From Strigamia acuminata (lineage: Eukaryota), in the NCBI GenBank assembly GCA_949358305.1, contig OX442314.1, forward strand, positions 1,054,001 to 1,118,000: a stretch of 64,000 nt of DNA. Reading direction: 5' to 3'. The notes under the pieces are model-generated. The model did no database searches. It was not told the DNA's origin and saw only the letters and a list, made by a program, of their open reading frames with translations. Below are positions 34,101 through 48,310 of the stretch, piece after piece. The position numbers were made by a program, and so were the translations under genes. Each line of letters opens with the position of its first letter. Within the stretch, counting starts at the first letter, position 1.

Positions 34101-37100
34101 CAGAGTCGGATCGGAAGGTTGCTAAAACCTGACGCCAAAACTAGCAATGGGACAGCTAGTTAGAAAACAGCTTTTTCATCAATCATGAACGCTGAAAACC
34201 TCACCCAGGGGTAGAAAATGATGGAGAGAACGTTTTCGCCATCTAAAACGGTCTAAAACGGGTCTAAAATGCCTAAACCGGCACCTGGAACGTGGCGCAG
34301 TTGTTGGGTCAAATATTGTCAAAAATCAGTGGAAATTTGTCAAATACTGGCAAAAATCTGCTGAAATTTGTCAAAAATTGCCAAATTTTGGCGCAAGTTA
34401 CGTGAGGTTTGCGCGCATCCAACTATGACGAAAAATCCATGCGTGTGCACGCGCGATTTACTGGCGCGTTGGAAGCGTTAAAATAAATTTTTCCAATATC
34501 TAACACAATTTGCACCGAATTATGGCAATTTTTGACAAATTTACATGGATTTTTGCCAGTATTTGACAAATTTCCACGGATTTTTGACAATATTTGACAA
34601 ATTCCAGACAAATTTCAGACAAATTTCAATTAATTTTTGAAATTTTATGAGAAATTTCAGCAAATGTTTGAGGATTGAGGAAATCTTCTGAAATTTGTCA
34701 AATATAGGCAAAAATCTTCTGAAATTTGTCAAATACAGGCAAAAATCTGCTGAAATTTGTCAAAAATTGCCCAAATTCCGTGCAAGTTTTGCAAGTTTTG
34801 CGCGCATCAAATCGTATGCGCGCCTATACTATTGCACGAGCGCATTGACGCGTGATGAACACCGACCACGTTTACGAAGTGAATTCGAGCTACAAAAGTA
34901 TCGAGTCGCCATTCTATGATGGAAAAAAAAAATTAAGTGTAAACAAACAAAATAAAAACTTTAATATACAAGAAACGTACAATTCCACTCAACTTTGTTT
35001 CAAATTTTATTTATTGGATCATTGAAAATAAACAGTAGTGTTGTGCACTGTACGCTTAAGTGTATACCGGCGATGCGTTGTTTTGTGGTGGGGATTTGCC
35101 TCGATAATTGATCTTTTCTCTTTGTTTGCAATATTTTTTTGGCCTTTTTTGTTGATTTTTCGGTTTGAAATTGTTTTTTTCCGGTGTAATTTAAGTGGTG
35201 GAAGGTTGTTGGCGTGTGTTGAGGGTAATTTTGGCGGTTTTTGGGTCGGGATTAGTGTTTTCTGCGATTTTTTATCGGTATTTGGGGTTTGATGCAGCGG
35301 ATAGCGCATGCGAAACGCCGTCGACCGTAGCATTAGCAATTGCAACGTGCCGCGCTATGCCACACAATGTGCCGCCGCGATATGCCATCGAATCCGAATG
35401 TGTGTGATGCGAAACGCGAGTACGCGCGCGGAGAACGCGCGGCAATGCTAGCAACAGGAGCGCAACTGCCCAAGAAATTGCTCAACAATAAAAGGCACGT
35501 GCCTGAAACAATAGGCACTTCAAATAAAGTTATTGTTAAAAAATGGGCCTGAAAACCAACAATTACACAATAATTAAGGGGCAAGAAATGAACTTTGCTG
35601 CAATGCAAAGTTCTCAAAATACAGAGAAATGAAAGTTACACTTGTATAAAGAATTGACAATGTTTGAAACCAATAAAAACTACAAAAACACACTTGTAAA
35701 AAACCCAAAACAACACCCAGAATGAATTATTTGACTCAAATTAACCCTAAAACGGTCTTGGAGGTCGTGCAGACGACAGAGTCGGATCGGAAGGTTGCTA
35801 AAACCTGACGCCAAAACTAGCAATGGGACAGCTAGTTAGAAAACAGCTTTTTCATCAATTATGAACGCTGAAAACCTCACCCAGGGGTAGAAAATGATGG
35901 AGAGAACGTTTTCGCCATCTAAAACGGTCTAAAACGGGTCTAAAATGCCTAAACCGGCGCCTGGAACGTGGCGCAGTTGTTGGGTCAAATATTGTCAAAA
36001 ATCAGTGGAAATTTGTCAAATACTGGCAAAAATCTGCTGAAATTTGTCAAAAATTGCCAAATTTTGGCGCAAGTTACGTGAGGTTTGCGCGCATCCAACT
36101 ATGACAAAAAATCCATGCGTGTGCACGCGCGATTTACTGGCGCGTTGGAAGCGTTAAAATAAATTTTTCCAATATCTAACACAATTTGCACCGAATTATG
36201 GCAATTTTTGACAAATTTACATAGATTTTTGCCAGTATTTGACAAATTTCCACTGATTTTTGACAATATTTGACCCAACAACTGCGCCACGTTCCAGGCG
36301 CCGGTTTAGGCATTTTAGACCCGTTTTAGACCGTTTTAGATGGCGAAAACGTTCTCTCCATCATTTTCTACCCCTGGGTGAGGTTTTCAGCGTTCATGAT
36401 TGATGAAAAAGCTGTTTTCTAACTAGCTGTCCCATTGCTAGTTTTGGCGTCAGGTTTTAGCAACCTTCCGATCCGACTCTGTCGTCTGCACGACCTCCAA
36501 GACCGTTTTAGGGTTAATTTGAGTCAAATAATTCATTCTGGGGGTTGTTTTGGGTTTTTTACAAGTGTGTTTTTGTAGTTTTTATTGGTTTCAAACATTG
36601 TCAATTCTTTATACAAGTGTAACTTTCATTTCTCTGTATTTTGAGAACTTTGCATTGCAGCAAAGTTCATTTCTTGCCCCTTAATTATTGTGTAATTGTT
36701 GGTTTTCAAGCCCGTTTTTTAACAATAACTTTATTTGAAGTGCCTATTGTTTCAGGCACGTGCCTTTTATTGTTGAGCAATTTCTTGGGCAGTTGCGCTC
36801 CTGTTGCTAGCATTGCCGCGCGTTCTCCGCGCGCGTACTCGCGTTTCGCATCACACACATTCGGATTCGATGGCATATCGCGGCGGCACATTGTGTGGCA
36901 TAGCGCGGCACGTTGCAATTGCTAATGCTACGGTCGACGGCGATTCGCATGCGCTATCCGCTGCATCAAACCCCAAATACCGATAAAAAATCGCAGAAAA
37001 CACTAATCCCGACCCAAAAACCGCCAAAATTACCCTCAACACACGCCAACAACCTTCCACCACTTAAATTACACCGGAAAAAAACAATTTCAAACCGAAA

Positions 37101-40100
37101 AATCAACAAAAAAGGCCAAAAAAATATTGCAAACAAAGAGAAAAGATCAATTATCGAGGCAAATCCCCACCACAAAACAACGCATCGCCGGTATACACTT
37201 AAGCGTACAGTGCACAACACTACTGTTTATTTTCAATGATCCAATAAATAAAATTTGAAACAAAGTTGAGTGGAATTGTACGTTTCTTGTATATTAAAGT
37301 TTTTATTTTGTTTGTTTACACTTAATTTTTTTTTTCCATCATAGAATGGCGACTCGATACTTTTGTAGCTCGAATTCACTTCGTAAACGTGGTCGGTGTT
37401 CATCACGCGTCAATGCGCTCGTGCAATAGTATAGGCGCGCATACGATTTGATGCGCGCAAAACTTGCAAAACTTGCACGGAATTTGGGCAATTTTTGACA
37501 AATTTCAGCAGATTTTTGCCTGTATTTGACAAATTTCAGAAGATTTTTGCCTATATTTGACAAATTTCAGAAGATTTCCTCAATCCTCAAACATTTGCTG
37601 AAATTTCTCATAAAATTTCAAAAATTAATTGAAATTTGTCTGAAATTTGTCTGGAATTTGTCAAATATTGTCAAAAATCCGTGGAAATTTGTCAAATACT
37701 GGCAAAAATCCATGTAAATTTGTCAAAAATTGCCATAATTCGGTGCAAATTGTGTTAGATATTGGAAAAATTTATTTTAACGCTTCCAACGCGCCAGTAA
37801 ATCGCGCGTGCACACGCATGGATTTTTCGTCATAGTTGGATGCGCGCAAACCTCACGTAACTTGCGCCAAAATTTGGCAATTTTTGACAAATTTCAGCAG
37901 ATTTTTGCCAGTATTTGACAAATTTCCACTGATTTTTGACAATATTTGACCCAACAACTGCGCCACGTTCCAGGTGCCGGTTTAGGCATTTTAGACCCGT
38001 TTTAGACCGTTTTAGATGGCGAAAACGTTCTCTCCATCATTTTCTACCCCTGGGTGAGGTTTTCAGCGTTCATGATTGATGAAAAAGCTGTTTTCTAACT
38101 AGCTGTCCCATTGCTAGTTTTGGCGTCAGGTTTTAGCAACCTTCCGATCCGACTCTGTCGTCTGCACGACCTCCAAGACCGTTTTAGGGTTAATTTGAGT
38201 CAAATAATTCATTCTGGGGGTTGTTTTGGGTTTTTTACAAGTGTGTTTTTGTAGTTTTTATTGGTTTCAAACATTGTCAATTCTTTATACAAGTGTAACT
38301 TTCATTTCTCTGTATTTTGAGAACTTTGCATTGCAGCAAAGTTCATTTCTTGCCCCTTAATTATTGTGTAATTGTTGGTTTTCAAGCCCGTTTTTTAACA
38401 ATAACTTTATTTGAAGTGCCTATTGTTTCAGGCACGTGCTTCCACGTGCCTTTTATTGTTGAGCAATTTCTTGGGCAGTTGCGCTCCTGTTGCTAGCATT
38501 GCCGCGCGTTCTCCGCGCGCGTACTCGCGTTTCGCATCACACACATTCGGATTCGATGGCCTATCGCGGCGGCACATTGTGTGGCATAGCGCGGCAGGTT
38601 GCAATTGCTAATGCTACGGTCGACGGCGATTCGCATGCGCTATCCGCTGCATCAAACCCCAAATACCGATCAAAAATCGCAGAAAACACTAATCCCGACC
38701 CAAAAACCGCCAAAATTACCCTCAACACACGCCAACAACCTTCCACCACTTAAATTACACCGGAAAAAAACAATTTCAAACCGAAAAATCAACAAAAAAG
38801 GCCAAAAAAATATTGCAAACAAAGAGAAAAGATCAATTATCGAGGCAAATCCCCACCACAAAACAACGCATCGCCGGTATACACTTAAGCGTACAGTGCA
38901 CAACACTACTGTTTATTTTCAATGATCCAATAAATAAAATTTGAAACAAAGTTGAGTGGAATTGTACGTTTCTTGTATATTAAAGTTTTTATTTTGTTTG
39001 TTTACACTTAATTTTTTTTTTCCATCATAGAATGGCGACTCGATACTTTTGTAGCTCGAATTCACTTCGTAAACGTGGTCGGTGTTCATCACGCGTCAAT
39101 GCGCTCGTGCAATAGTATAGGCGCGCATACGATTTGATGCGCGCAAAACTTGCAAAACTTGCACGGAATTTGGGCAATTTTTGACAAATTTCAGCAGATT
39201 TTTGCCTGTATTTGACAAATTTCAGAAGATTTTTGCCTATATTTGACAAATTTCAGAAGATTTCCTCAATCCTCAAACATTTGCTGAAATTTCTCATAAA
39301 ATTTCTAAAATTAATTGAAATTTGTCTGAAATTTGTCTGGAATTTGTCAAATATTGTCAAAAATCCGTGGAAATTTGTCAAATACTGGCAAAAATCCATG
39401 TAAATTTGTCAAAAATTGCCATAATTCGGTGCAAATTGTGTTAGATATTGGAAAAATTTATTTTAACGCTTCCAACGCGCCAGTAAATCGCGCGTGCACA
39501 CGCATGGATTTTTTGTCATAGTTGGATGCGCGCAAACCTCACGTAACTTGCGCCAAAATTTGGCAATTTTTGACAAATTTCAGCAGATTTTTGCCAGTAT
39601 TTGACAAATTTCCACTGATTTTTGACAATATTTGACCCAACAACTGCGCCACGTTCCAGGCGCCGGTTTAGGCATTTTAGACCCGTTTTAGACCGTTTTA
39701 GATGGCGAAAACGTTCTCTCCATCATTTTCTACCCCTGGGTGAGGTTTTCAGCGTTCATAATTGATGAAAAAGCTGTTTTCTAACTAGCTGTCCCATTGC
39801 TAGTTTTGGCGTCAGGTTTTAGCAACCTTCCGATCCGACTCTGTCGTCTGCACGACCTCCAAGACTGTTTTAGGGTTAATTTGAGTCAAATAATTCATTC
39901 TGGGTGTTGTTTTGGGTTTTTTACAAGTGTGTTTTTGTAGTTTTTATTGGTTTCAAACATTGTCAATTCTTTATACAAGTGTAACTTTCATTTCTCTGTA
40001 TTTTGAGAACTTTGCATTGCAGCAAAGTTCATTTCTTGCCCCTTAATTATTGTGTAATTGTTGGTTTTCAAGCCCGTTTTTTAACAATAACTTTATTTGA

Positions 40101-43100
40101 AGTGCCTATTGTTTCAGGCACGTGCTTCCACGTGCCTTTTATTGTTGAGCAATTTCTTGGGCAGTTGCGCTCCTGTTGCTAGCATTGCCGCGCGTTCTCC
40201 GCGCGCGTACTCGCGTTTCGCATCACACACATTCGGATTCGATGGCCTATCGCGGCGGCACATTGTGTGGCATAGCGCGGCAGGTTGCAATTGCTAATGC
40301 TACGGTCGACGGCGATTCGCATGCGCTATCCGCTGCATCAAACCCCAAATACCGATCAAAAATCGCAGAAAACACTAATCCCGACCCAAAAACCGCCAAA
40401 ATTACCCTCAACACACGCCAACAACCTTCCACCACTTAAATTACACCGGAAAAAAACAATTTCAAACCGAAAAATCAACAAAAAAGGCCAAAAAAATATT
40501 GCAAACAAAGAGAAAAGATCAATTATCGAGGCAAATCCCCACCACAAAACAACGCATCGCCGGTATACACTTAAGCGTACAGTGCACAACACTACTGTTT
40601 ATTTTCAATGATCCAATAAATAAAATTTGAAACAAAGTTGAGTGGAATTGTACGTTTCTTGTATATTAAAGTTTTTATTTTGTTTGTTTACACTTAATTT
40701 TTTTTTTCCATCATAGAATGGCGACTCGATACTTTTGTAGCTCGAATTCACTTCGTAAACGTGGTCGGTGTTCATCACGCGTCAATGCGCTCGTGCAATA
40801 GTATAGGCGCGCATACGATTTGATGCGCGCAAAACTTGCAAAACTTGCACGGAATTTGGGCAATTTTTGACAAATTTCAGCAGATTTTTGCCTGTATTTG
40901 ACAAATTTCAGAAGATTTTTGCCTATATTTGACAAATTTCAGAAGATTTCCTCAATCCTCAAACATTTGCTGAAATTTCTCATAAAATTTCAAAAATTAA
41001 TTGAAATTTGTCTGAAATTTGTCTGGAATTTGTCAAATATTGTCAAAAATCCGTGGAAATTTGTCAAATACTGGCAAAAATCCATGTAAATTTGTCAAAA
41101 ATTGCCATAATTCGGTGCAAATTGTGTTAGATATTGGAAAAATTTATTTTAACGCTTCCAACGCGCCAGTAAATCGCGCGTGCACACGCATGGATTTTTC
41201 GTCATAGTTGGATGCGCGCAAACCTCACGTAACTTGCGCCAAAATTTGGCAATTTTTGACAAATTTCAGCAGATTTTTGCCAGTATTTGACAAATTTCCA
41301 CTGATTTTTGACAATATTTGACCCAACAACTGCGCCACGTTCCAGGCGCCGGTTTAGGCATTTTAGACCCGTTTTAGACCGTTTTAGATGGCGAAAACGT
41401 TCTCTCCATCATTTTCTACCCCTGGGTGAGGTTTTCAGCGTTCATGATTGATGAAAAAGCTGTTTTCTAACTAGCTGTCCCATTGCTAGTTTTGGCGTCA
41501 GGTTTTAGCAACCTTCCGATCCGACTCTGTCGTCTGCACGACCTCCAAGACCGTTTTAGGGTTAATTTGAGTCAAATAATTCATTCTGGGGGTTGTTTTG
41601 GGTTTTTTACAAGTGTGTTTTTGTAGTTTTTATTGGTTTCAAACATTGTCAATTCTTTATACAAGTGTAACTTTCATTTCTCTGTATTTTGAGAACTTTG
41701 CATTGCAGCAAAGTTCATTTCTTGCCCCTTAATTATTGTGTAATTGTTGGTTTTCAAGCCCGTTTTTTAACAATAACTTTATTTGAAGTGCCTATTGTTT
41801 CAGGCACGTGCCTTTTATTGTTGAGCAATTTCTTGGGCAGTTGCGCTCCTGTTGCTAGCATTGCCGCGCGTTCTCCGCGCGCGTACTCGCGTTTCGCATC
41901 ACACACATTCGGATTCGATGGCATATCGCGGCGGCACATTGTGTGGCATAGCGCGGCACGTTGCAATTGCTAATGCTACGGTCGACGGCGATTCGCATGC
42001 GCTATCCGCTGCATCAAACCCCAAATACCGATAAAAAATCGCAGAAAACACTAATCCCGACCCAAAAACCGCCAAAATTACCCTCAACACACGCCAACAA
42101 CCTTCCACCACTTAAATTACACCGGAAAAAAACAATTTCAAACCGAAAAATCAACAAAAAAGGCCAAAAAAATATTGCAAACAAAGAGAAAAGATCAATT
42201 ATCGAGGCAAATCCCCACCACAAAACAACGCATCGCCGGTATACACTTAAGCGTACAGTGCACAACACTACTGTTTATTTTCAATGATCCAATAAATAAA
42301 ATTTGAAACAAAGTTGAGTGGAATTGTACGTTTCTTGTATATTAAAGTTTTTATTTTGTTTGTTTACACTTAATTTTTTTTTTCCATCATAGAATGGCGA
42401 CTCGATACTTTTGTAGCTCGAATTCACTTCGTAAACGTGGTCGGTGTTCATCACGCGTCAATGCGCTCGTGCAATAGTATAGGCGCGCATACGATTTGAT
42501 GCGCGCAAAACTTGCAAAACTTGCACGGAATTTGGGCAATTTTTGACAAATTTCAGCAGATTTTTGCCTGTATTTGACAAATTTCAGAAGATTTTTGCCT
42601 ATATTTGACAAATTTCAGAAGATTTCCTCAATCCTCAAACATTTGCTGAAATTTCTCATAAAATTTCAAAAATTAATTGAAATTTGTCTGAAATTTGTCT
42701 GGAATTTGTCAAATATTGTCAAAAATCCGTGGAAATTTGTCAAATACTGGCAAAAATCCATGTAAATTTGTCAAAAATTGCCATAATTCGGTGCAAATTG
42801 TGTTAGATATTGGAAAAATTTATTTTAACGCTTCCAACGCGCCAGTAAATCGCGCGTGCACACGCATGGATTTTTCGTCATAGTTGGATGCGCGCAAACC
42901 TCACGTAACTTGCGCCAAAATTTGGCAATTTTTGACAAATTTCAGCAGATTTTTGCCAGTATTTGACAAATTTCCACTGATTTTTGACAATATTTGACCC
43001 AACAACTGCGCCACGTTCCAGGCGCCGGTTTAGGCATTTTAGACCCGTTTTAGACCGTTTTAGATGGCGAAAACGTTCTCTCCATCATTTTCTACCCCTG

Positions 43101-46100
43101 GGTGAGGTTTTCAGCGTTCATGATTGATGAAAAAGCTGTTTTCTAACTAGCTGTCCCATTGCTAGTTTTGGCGTCAGGTTTTAGCAACCTTCCGATCCGA
43201 CTCTGTCGTCTGCACGACCTCCAAGACCGTTTTAGGGTTAATTTGAGTCAAATAATTCATTCTGGGGGTTGTTTTGGGTTTTTTACAAGTGTGTTTTTGT
43301 AGTTTTTATTGGTTTCAAACATTGTCAATTCTTTATACAAGTGTAACTTTCATTTCTCTGTATTTTGAGAACTTTGCATTGCAGCAAAGTTCATTTCTTG
43401 CCCCTTAATTATTGTGTAATTGTTGGTTTTCAAGCCCGTTTTTTAACAATAACTTTATTTGAAGTGCCTATTGTTTCAGGCACGTGCTTCCACGTGCCTT
43501 TTATTGTTGAGCAATTTCTTGGGCAGTTGCGCTCCTGTTGCTAGCATTGCCGCGCGTTCTCCGCGCGCGTACTCGCGTTTCGCATCACACACATTCGGAT
43601 TCGATGGCCTATCGCGGCGGCACATTGTGCGGCATAGCGCGGCACGTTGCAATTGCTAATGCTACGGTCGACGGCGATTCGCATGCGCTATCCGCTGCAT
43701 CAAACCCCAAATACCGATAAAAAATCGCAGAAAACACTAATCCCGACCCAAAAACCGCCAAAATTACCCTCAACACACGCCAACAACCTTCCACCACTTA
43801 AATTACACCGGAAAAAAACAATTTCAAACCGAAAAATCAACAAAAAAGGCCAAAAAAATATTGCAAACAAAGAGAAAAGATCAATTATCGAGGCAAATCC
43901 CCACCACAAAACAACGCATCGCCGGTATACACTTAAGCGTACAGTGCACAACACTACTGTTTATTTTCAATGATCCAATAAATAAAATTTGAAACAAAGT
44001 TGAGTGGAATTGTACGTTTCTTGTATATTAAAGTTTTTATTTTGTTTGTTTACACTTAATTTTTTTTTTCCATCATAGAATGGCGACTCGATACTTTTGT
44101 AGCTCGAATTCACTTCGTAAACGTGGTCGGTGTTCATCACGCGTCAATGCGCTCGTGCAATAGTATAGGCGCGCATACGATTTGATGCGCGCAAAACTTG
44201 CAAAACTTGCACGGAATTTGGGCAATTTTTGACAAATTTCAGCAGATTTTTGCCTGTATTTGACAAATTTCAGAAGATTTTTGCCTATATTTGACAAATT
44301 TCAGAAGATTTCCTCAATCCTCAAACATTTGCTGAAATTTCTCATAAAATTTCAAAAATTAATTGAAATTTGTCTGAAATTTGTCTGGAATTTGTCAAAT
44401 ATTGTCAAAAATCCGTGGAAATTTGTCAAATACTGGCAAAAATCCATGTAAATTTGTCAAAAATTGCCATAATTCGGTGCAAATTGTGTTAGATATTGGA
44501 AAAATTTATTTTAACGCTTCCAACGCGCCAGTAAATCGCGCGTGCACACGCATGGATTTTTCGTCATAGTTGGATGCGCGCAAACCTCACGTAACTTGCG
44601 CCAAAATTTGGCAATTTTTGACAAATTTCAGCAGATTTTTGCCAGTATTTGACAAATTTCCACTGATTTTTGACAATATTTGACCCAACAACTGCGCCAC
44701 GTTCCAGGCGCCGGTTTAGGCATTTTAGACCCGTTTTAGACCGTTTTAGATGGCGAAAACGTTCTCTCCATCATTTTCTACCCCTGGGTGAGGTTTTCAG
44801 CGTTCATAATTGATGAAAAAGCTGTTTTCTAACTAGCTGTCCCATTGCTAGTTTTGGCGTCAGGTTTTAGCAACCTTCCGATCCGACTCTGTCGTCTGCA
44901 CGACCTCCAAGACTGTTTTAGGGTTAATTTGAGTCAAATAATTCATTCTGGGTGTTGTTTTGGGTTTTTTACAAGTGTGTTTTTGTAGTTTTTATTGGTT
45001 TCAAACATTGTCAATTCTTTATACAAGTGTAACTTTCATTTCTCTGTATTTTGAGAACTTTGCATTGCAGCAAAGTTCATTTCTTGCCCCTTAATTATTG
45101 TGTAATTGTTGGTTTTCAAGCCCGTTTTTTAACAATAACTTTATTTGAAGTGCCTATTGTTTCAGGCACGTGCTTCCACGTGCCTTTTATTGTTGAGCAA
45201 TTTCTTGGGCAGTTGCGCTCCTGTTGCTAGCATTGCCGCGCGTTCTCCGCGCGCGTACTCGCGCGTTTCGCATCACACACATTCGGGTTCAATGGCCTAT
45301 CGCGGCGGCACATTGTGTGGCATAGCGCGGCACGTTGCAATTACGTGACGTGGCACGTTGCTGTTACGTGACGCGATAGCCAGTATTTAAGCAGGGGATT
45401 CCATCATCGTTTACACAAATGCGCATTGCAACGTGGAGGCGCATTCGAGTCCTTTTCCCAAGCGTTGAAAAAGGACAAAACTCGTATTCGATTCGAAAGC
45501 GAATCGAATACGATTTTTGTCCTTTTTCAACGCAAAATTGTATTCGATTCGCTTTCGAATCGAATACGAGTTTTGCCCTTCTTCAACGCGAAATCGTATT
45601 CGACTCGCTTTCGAGTCGAATGCGAATTTTTCCCTTCTTCAACGCGAAATCGTATTCGACTCGTTTTCGAGTCGAGTACGAGTTTTGCCCTTCTTCAACG
45701 CGAAATCGTATTCGACTCGTTTTCGAGTCGAATACGAGTTTTGCCCTTCTTCAACGCGAAATCGTATTCGACTCGTTTTCGAGTCGAGTACGAGTTTTGC
45801 CCTTCTTCAACGCGAAATCGTATTCGACTCGTTTTCGAGTCGAGTACGAGTTTTGCCCTTCTTCAACGCGAAATCGTATTCGACTCGTTTTCGAGTCGAA
45901 TACGAGTTTTGCCCTTCTTCAACGCGAAATCGTATTCGACTCGTTTTCGAGTCGAGTACGAGTTTTGCCCTTCTTCAACGCGAAATCGTATTCGACTCGT
46001 TTTCGAGTCGAATACGAGTTTTGCCCTTCTTCAACGCGAAATCGTATTCGACTCGTTTTCGAGTCGAGTACGAGTTTTGCCCTTCTTCAACGCGAAATCG

Positions 46101-46126
46101 TATTCGACTCGTTTTCGAGTCGAATA

Positions 46127-48310
46127 CGAGATAGTCGATGACCCGTTCCCGGACTTTGACTCGTACGACTCGTATTCGAGATGTATTCGAGATGTATTCG
46201 AGATGTATTCGAATCGTATTCGAGTCGCATTCGAGATGGTCGATGATTTCCACTCGCTCGTATACGCGTTGTATACGAGCTCGTATTTTGATCGTAATCG
46301 TAAACGAATCGTTTACAAGTCGTATACAAGTTGTATACGACGTGTATACACCTCGTATACGAACGAAGTTTGGAAAATCCACCGGATACTTACTACGACA
46401 TGAAAACACATAGTAGTCACATACGTCTTATTTGGAAATTGTGTTTTCACAAACTTCGTTCGTATACGAGGTGTATACACGTCGTATACAACTTGTATAC
46501 GACTTGTAAACGATTCGTTTACGATTACGATCAAAATACGAGCTCGTATACAACGCGTATACGAGCGAGTGGAAATCATCGACCATCTCGAATACGACTC
46601 GAATTCGATTCGTATTCGATTCGAATTCGATTCGAATACGAATACGATCAAAATACGAACTCGTAACAACTCGAATACGAATCAAAGTCCGGGAAACAAA
46701 AATCGACCATCTCGTATACGACTCGTATTCGAGATGTATTCGGGATGTATTCGAATCGTATTCGAGTCGCATTCGAGATGGTCGATGATTTCCACTCGCT
46801 CGTATACGCGTTGTATACGAGCTCGTATTTTGATCGTAATCGTAAACGAATCGTTTACAAGTCGTATACAAGTCGTATACGACATGTATACACCTCGTAT
46901 ACGAACGAAGTTTGTGAAAACACAATTTCCAAATAAGACGTATGTGACTACTATGTGTTTTCATGTCGTAGTAAGTATCCGGTGGATTTTCCAAACTTCG
47001 TTCGTATACGAGGTGTATACACGTCGTATACGACTTGTATACGACTTGTAAACGATTCGTTTACGATTACGATCAAAATACGAGCTCGTATACAACGCGT
47101 ATACGAGCGAGTGGAAATCATCGACCATCTCGAATGCGACTCGAATACGATTCGAATACATCTCGAATACATCTCGAATACGAGTCGTACGAGTCAAAGT
47201 CCGGGAACGGGTCATCGACTATCTCGTATTCGAGTTGTTACGAGTTCGTATTTTGATCGTATTCGTATTCGAATCGAATTCGAATCGTATTCGAATCGAA
47301 TTCGAGTCGTATTCGAGATGGTCGATGATTTCCACTCGCTCGTATACGCGTTGTATACGAGCTCGTATTTTGATCGTAATCGTAAACGAATCGTTTACAA
47401 GTCGTATACAAGTCGTATACGACATGTATACACCTCGTATACGAACGAAGTTTGTGAAAACACAATTTCCAAATAAGACGTATGTGACTACTATGTGTTT
47501 TCATGTCGTAGTAAGTATCCGGTGGATTTTCCAAACTTCGTTCGTATACGAGGTGTATACACGTCGTATACGACTTGTATACGACTTGTAAACGATTCGT
47601 TTACGATTACGATCAAAATACGAGCTCGTATACAACGCGTATACGAGCGAGTGGAAATCATCGACCATCTCGAATGCGACTCGAATACGATTCGAATACA
47701 TCTCGAATACATCTCGAATACGAGTCGTACGAGTCAAAGTCCGGGAACGGGTCATCGACTATCTCGTATTCGAGTTGTTACGAGTTCGTATTTTGATCGT
47801 ATTCGTATTCGAATCGAATTCGAATCGTATTCGAATCGAATTCGAGTCGTATTCGAGATGGTCGATGATTTCCACTCGCTCGTATACGCGTTGTATACGA
47901 GCTCGTATTTTGATCGTAATCGTAAACGAATCGTTTACAAGTCGTATACAAGTCGTATACGACGTGTATACACCTCGTATACGAACGAAGTTTGTGAAAA
48001 CACAATTTCCAAATAAGACGTATGTGACTACTATGTGTTTTCATGTCGTAGTAAGTATCCGGTGGATTTTCCAAACTTCGTTCGTATACGAGGTGTATAC
48101 ACGTCGTATACAACTTGTATACGACTTGTAAACGATTCGTTTACGATTACGATCAAAATACGAGCTCGTATACAACGCGTATACGAGCGAGTGGAAATCA
48201 TCGACCATCTCGAATGCGACTCGAATACGATTCGAATACATCTCGAATACATCTCGAATACGAGTCGTACGAGTCAAAGTCCGGGAACGGGTCATCGACT
48301 ATCTCGTATT
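46127..48310. repeat. Four 540-bp hairpin units at the centre of palindrome 3
   Basis: Loops at 46373-46449 (flip) and 46915-46991, 47455-47531, 47995-48071 (flop); period 540. Confidence 0.9.

Noticed and set aside
25455..45348. Recurring 60-258 aa ORFs in the 1686-bp units
   Set aside because: Low-complexity, overlapping on both strands, no recognisable domain; recurrence only reflects DNA identity.
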